From assembly GCA_964486045.1 (NCBI GenBank), contig CAZALK010000011.1:64001-128000 (forward strand): a DNA stretch of 64,000 nt, given 5' to 3'. How positions within the stretch are numbered: position 1 is the first letter of the stretch; each line of letters begins with the position of its first letter. This stretch comes from an uncultured archaeon. Its GTDB lineage: Archaea; Asgardarchaeota; Lokiarchaeia; Sigyniarchaeales; SOKP01. The position numbers were made by a program, and so were the translations under genes. A model generated the notes under the pieces. That model did no database searches, was not told the origin of the DNA, and was given only the letters and a program-made list of their open reading frames with translations. Shown piece by piece: positions 62,644 to 64,000 of this stretch.

Positions 62644-63672
62644 TTATTTATTTAAAGTGGAAAGATTTTCCCCGCAACGAGGACAAAATCTCTTTCTTCT
62701 ATCTATTAAAACACCACAATATGGACAATAAAATCTACCTTCATTTTGCAAAATTAATGTAGGTTCATCTTTTATGGAATAATAACTTCTTTGAAATTTT
62801 ATTTCTAAATCTTTTTTAGTTTTTAATGAAGCAAATAATACTGTTAATAAACATATAAACAAGGGTGCAAGAAGGATATTAACTAGATTTAGTAAAAATT
62901 GATACAGAATAATCATACCATAATTTCTCGTACTTGGTTCTAGCCATATGTTGTAATTATATGATATAACACTAGGATCCACAAAGAAATCGATAATGTA
63001 GTTGAATATAAAACTAAAAATGAAAACTATACTAAAATTGAAAATAAAAACACCGATAATTTTAAGTTTGTTGTTAGTTCCTTTCGCAATTACTCTTGCT
63101 TCCGAAATTGGCTTTTTTATTTCTTCAATATTGTATGTGAATACTAAAAAAATAAACATGGTAAATACAACAATCGCAGGAATATATAATAAAATGGAAC
63201 TGATTGGCAAACATATGCCAACTATAAATATCACAATAAAAATTTTCTTATTAAAAGCTGATTTAAAAGAATTGGAAAAGCTTGTTTTATCATGCATATA
63301 TTTTTTTAAAACATAGTTACTGACAGAACACATCGCTATTGTAATTATAATTGCTCCAATTAGGTTTTGGAGGAAAAGTAAAACAACACTCAATAGCATA
63401 AAAAGAGATATTAAATTCCACTCGCCTGCAGTTAGAGGTGTATCCTCAACGATCTGCGCCATTAAATCAACTACATTAATTCCTATCGAATCGATATATA
63501 CTTTAAGATCGGTGAGTAAAAAAGTATCGAACATAATTAATATTAGCTGAAAAAAGGCAAGTGGAAGAATTATTGCTCTGTAACATTGAAAAAACAATCT
63601 AATCCCCTCCGATAGAACTTCGCTGAATCTTTTATTTACGAGGTTTACCAATCTTTGGGAATTTTTTTCCAT
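62644..63672 (-). CDS. Multi-pass membrane protein with C-terminal zinc ribbon
   Basis: About 6 TM segments; CPYCG...FCPRCG. Confidence 0.75.
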   Translation of the reverse strand: MEKNSQRLVNLVNKRFSEVLSEGIRLFFQCYRAIILPLAFFQLILIMFDTFLLTDLKVYIDSIGINVVDLMAQIVEDTPLTAGEWNLISLFMLLSVVLLFLQNLIGAIIITIAMCSVSNYVLKKYMHDKTSFSNSFKSAFNKKIFIVIFIVGICLPISSILLYIPAIVVFTMFIFLVFTYNIEEIKKPISEARVIAKGTNNKLKIIGVFIFNFSIVFIFSFIFNYIIDFFVDPSVISYNYNIWLEPSTRNYGMIILYQFLLNLVNILLAPLFICLLTVLFASLKTKKDLEIKFQRSYYSIKDEPTLILQNEGRFYCPYCGVLIDRRKRFCPRCGENLSTLNK

Positions 63673-63790
63673 ACTGTCTATAAAAAAGTATTTTATTATA
63701 ATTTTATTATATTTTCATAGATAACGATATGTTAATACGTTTATTCACTATTATTGAAGGTAATTACTCAATTAAGTATTTCTAACAATA

Positions 63791-64000
63791 ATGTCTTTTA
63801 TTGGAGAGTCAAGGTATATAAGGAAACAATCTTCACGTCAAATTCCAGGAATAATTTCATATTTAGAATTGTTTTCTTCAAAAAAATTAGCGTATTCAAT
63901 ATTTTTTGTCATACCTTTACTTTTTGGCTTCATCTCATTAATTATTCATACCTCTTTAATAGGTTATTTAGAAGTTTTCCATTTTTTTAGGTTTGTAATT
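63791..64000 (+). CDS. 5' part of a membrane protein running off the window (possibly DUF2070-like)
   Basis: ATG 63791 opens MSFIGESRYIRKQSSRQIPGIISYLELFSSKKLAYSIFFVIPLLFGF... with no stop to the window end. Confidence 0.6.
   Translation, partial: MSFIGESRYIRKQSSRQIPGIISYLELFSSKKLAYSIFFVIPLLFGFISLIIHTSLIGYLEVFHFFRFVI

Noticed and set aside
546-63990. Many short ORFs in the track overlapping longer genes (e.g. 546-773, 21834-22370, 57390-57713, 63754-63990)
   Set aside because: Antisense or alternate-frame shadows of well-supported genes, with no recognisable motifs

Overview
AT-rich archaeal DNA whose gene content points to an Asgard archaeon of the Lokiarchaeia type (gelsolin-domain protein, two PAC2 proteins, site-1-protease-like subtilase, IPGY-type C-terminal anchor, GGTGA-type ribosome-binding sites). 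The lineage is inferred from gene content, not from a database search. The window holds about 55 protein genes, two intron-less tRNAs (Leu-CAG, Ala-GGC), core metabolic genes (purE, rpiA, thiC, gatC, dut, thiolase, an LDH/GlcD-EtfAB cluster, FadH-like reductase), a MoxR/VWA pair and an accessory region near tRNA-Ala with a dispersed ~40-bp palindromic repeat. Main finding: a dodecin gene missing from the ORF track (29166-29434, minus strand) is interrupted by two small inserts of 32 and 30 nt. Each folds into a bulge-helix-bulge (BHB)-type motif, and cutting at the canonical tRNA-splicing-endonuclease positions restores an intact 68-aa dodecin. These look like tRNA-type introns in an mRNA. A weaker third candidate lies in the 5' end of a PAC2 gene. 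Also notable: an uncharacterised operon of a TrmB-HTH/long coiled-coil protein, a STAND-like ATPase with SNAP-like repeats and a second coiled-coil protein, and several genes that apparently start at ATA/ATT.
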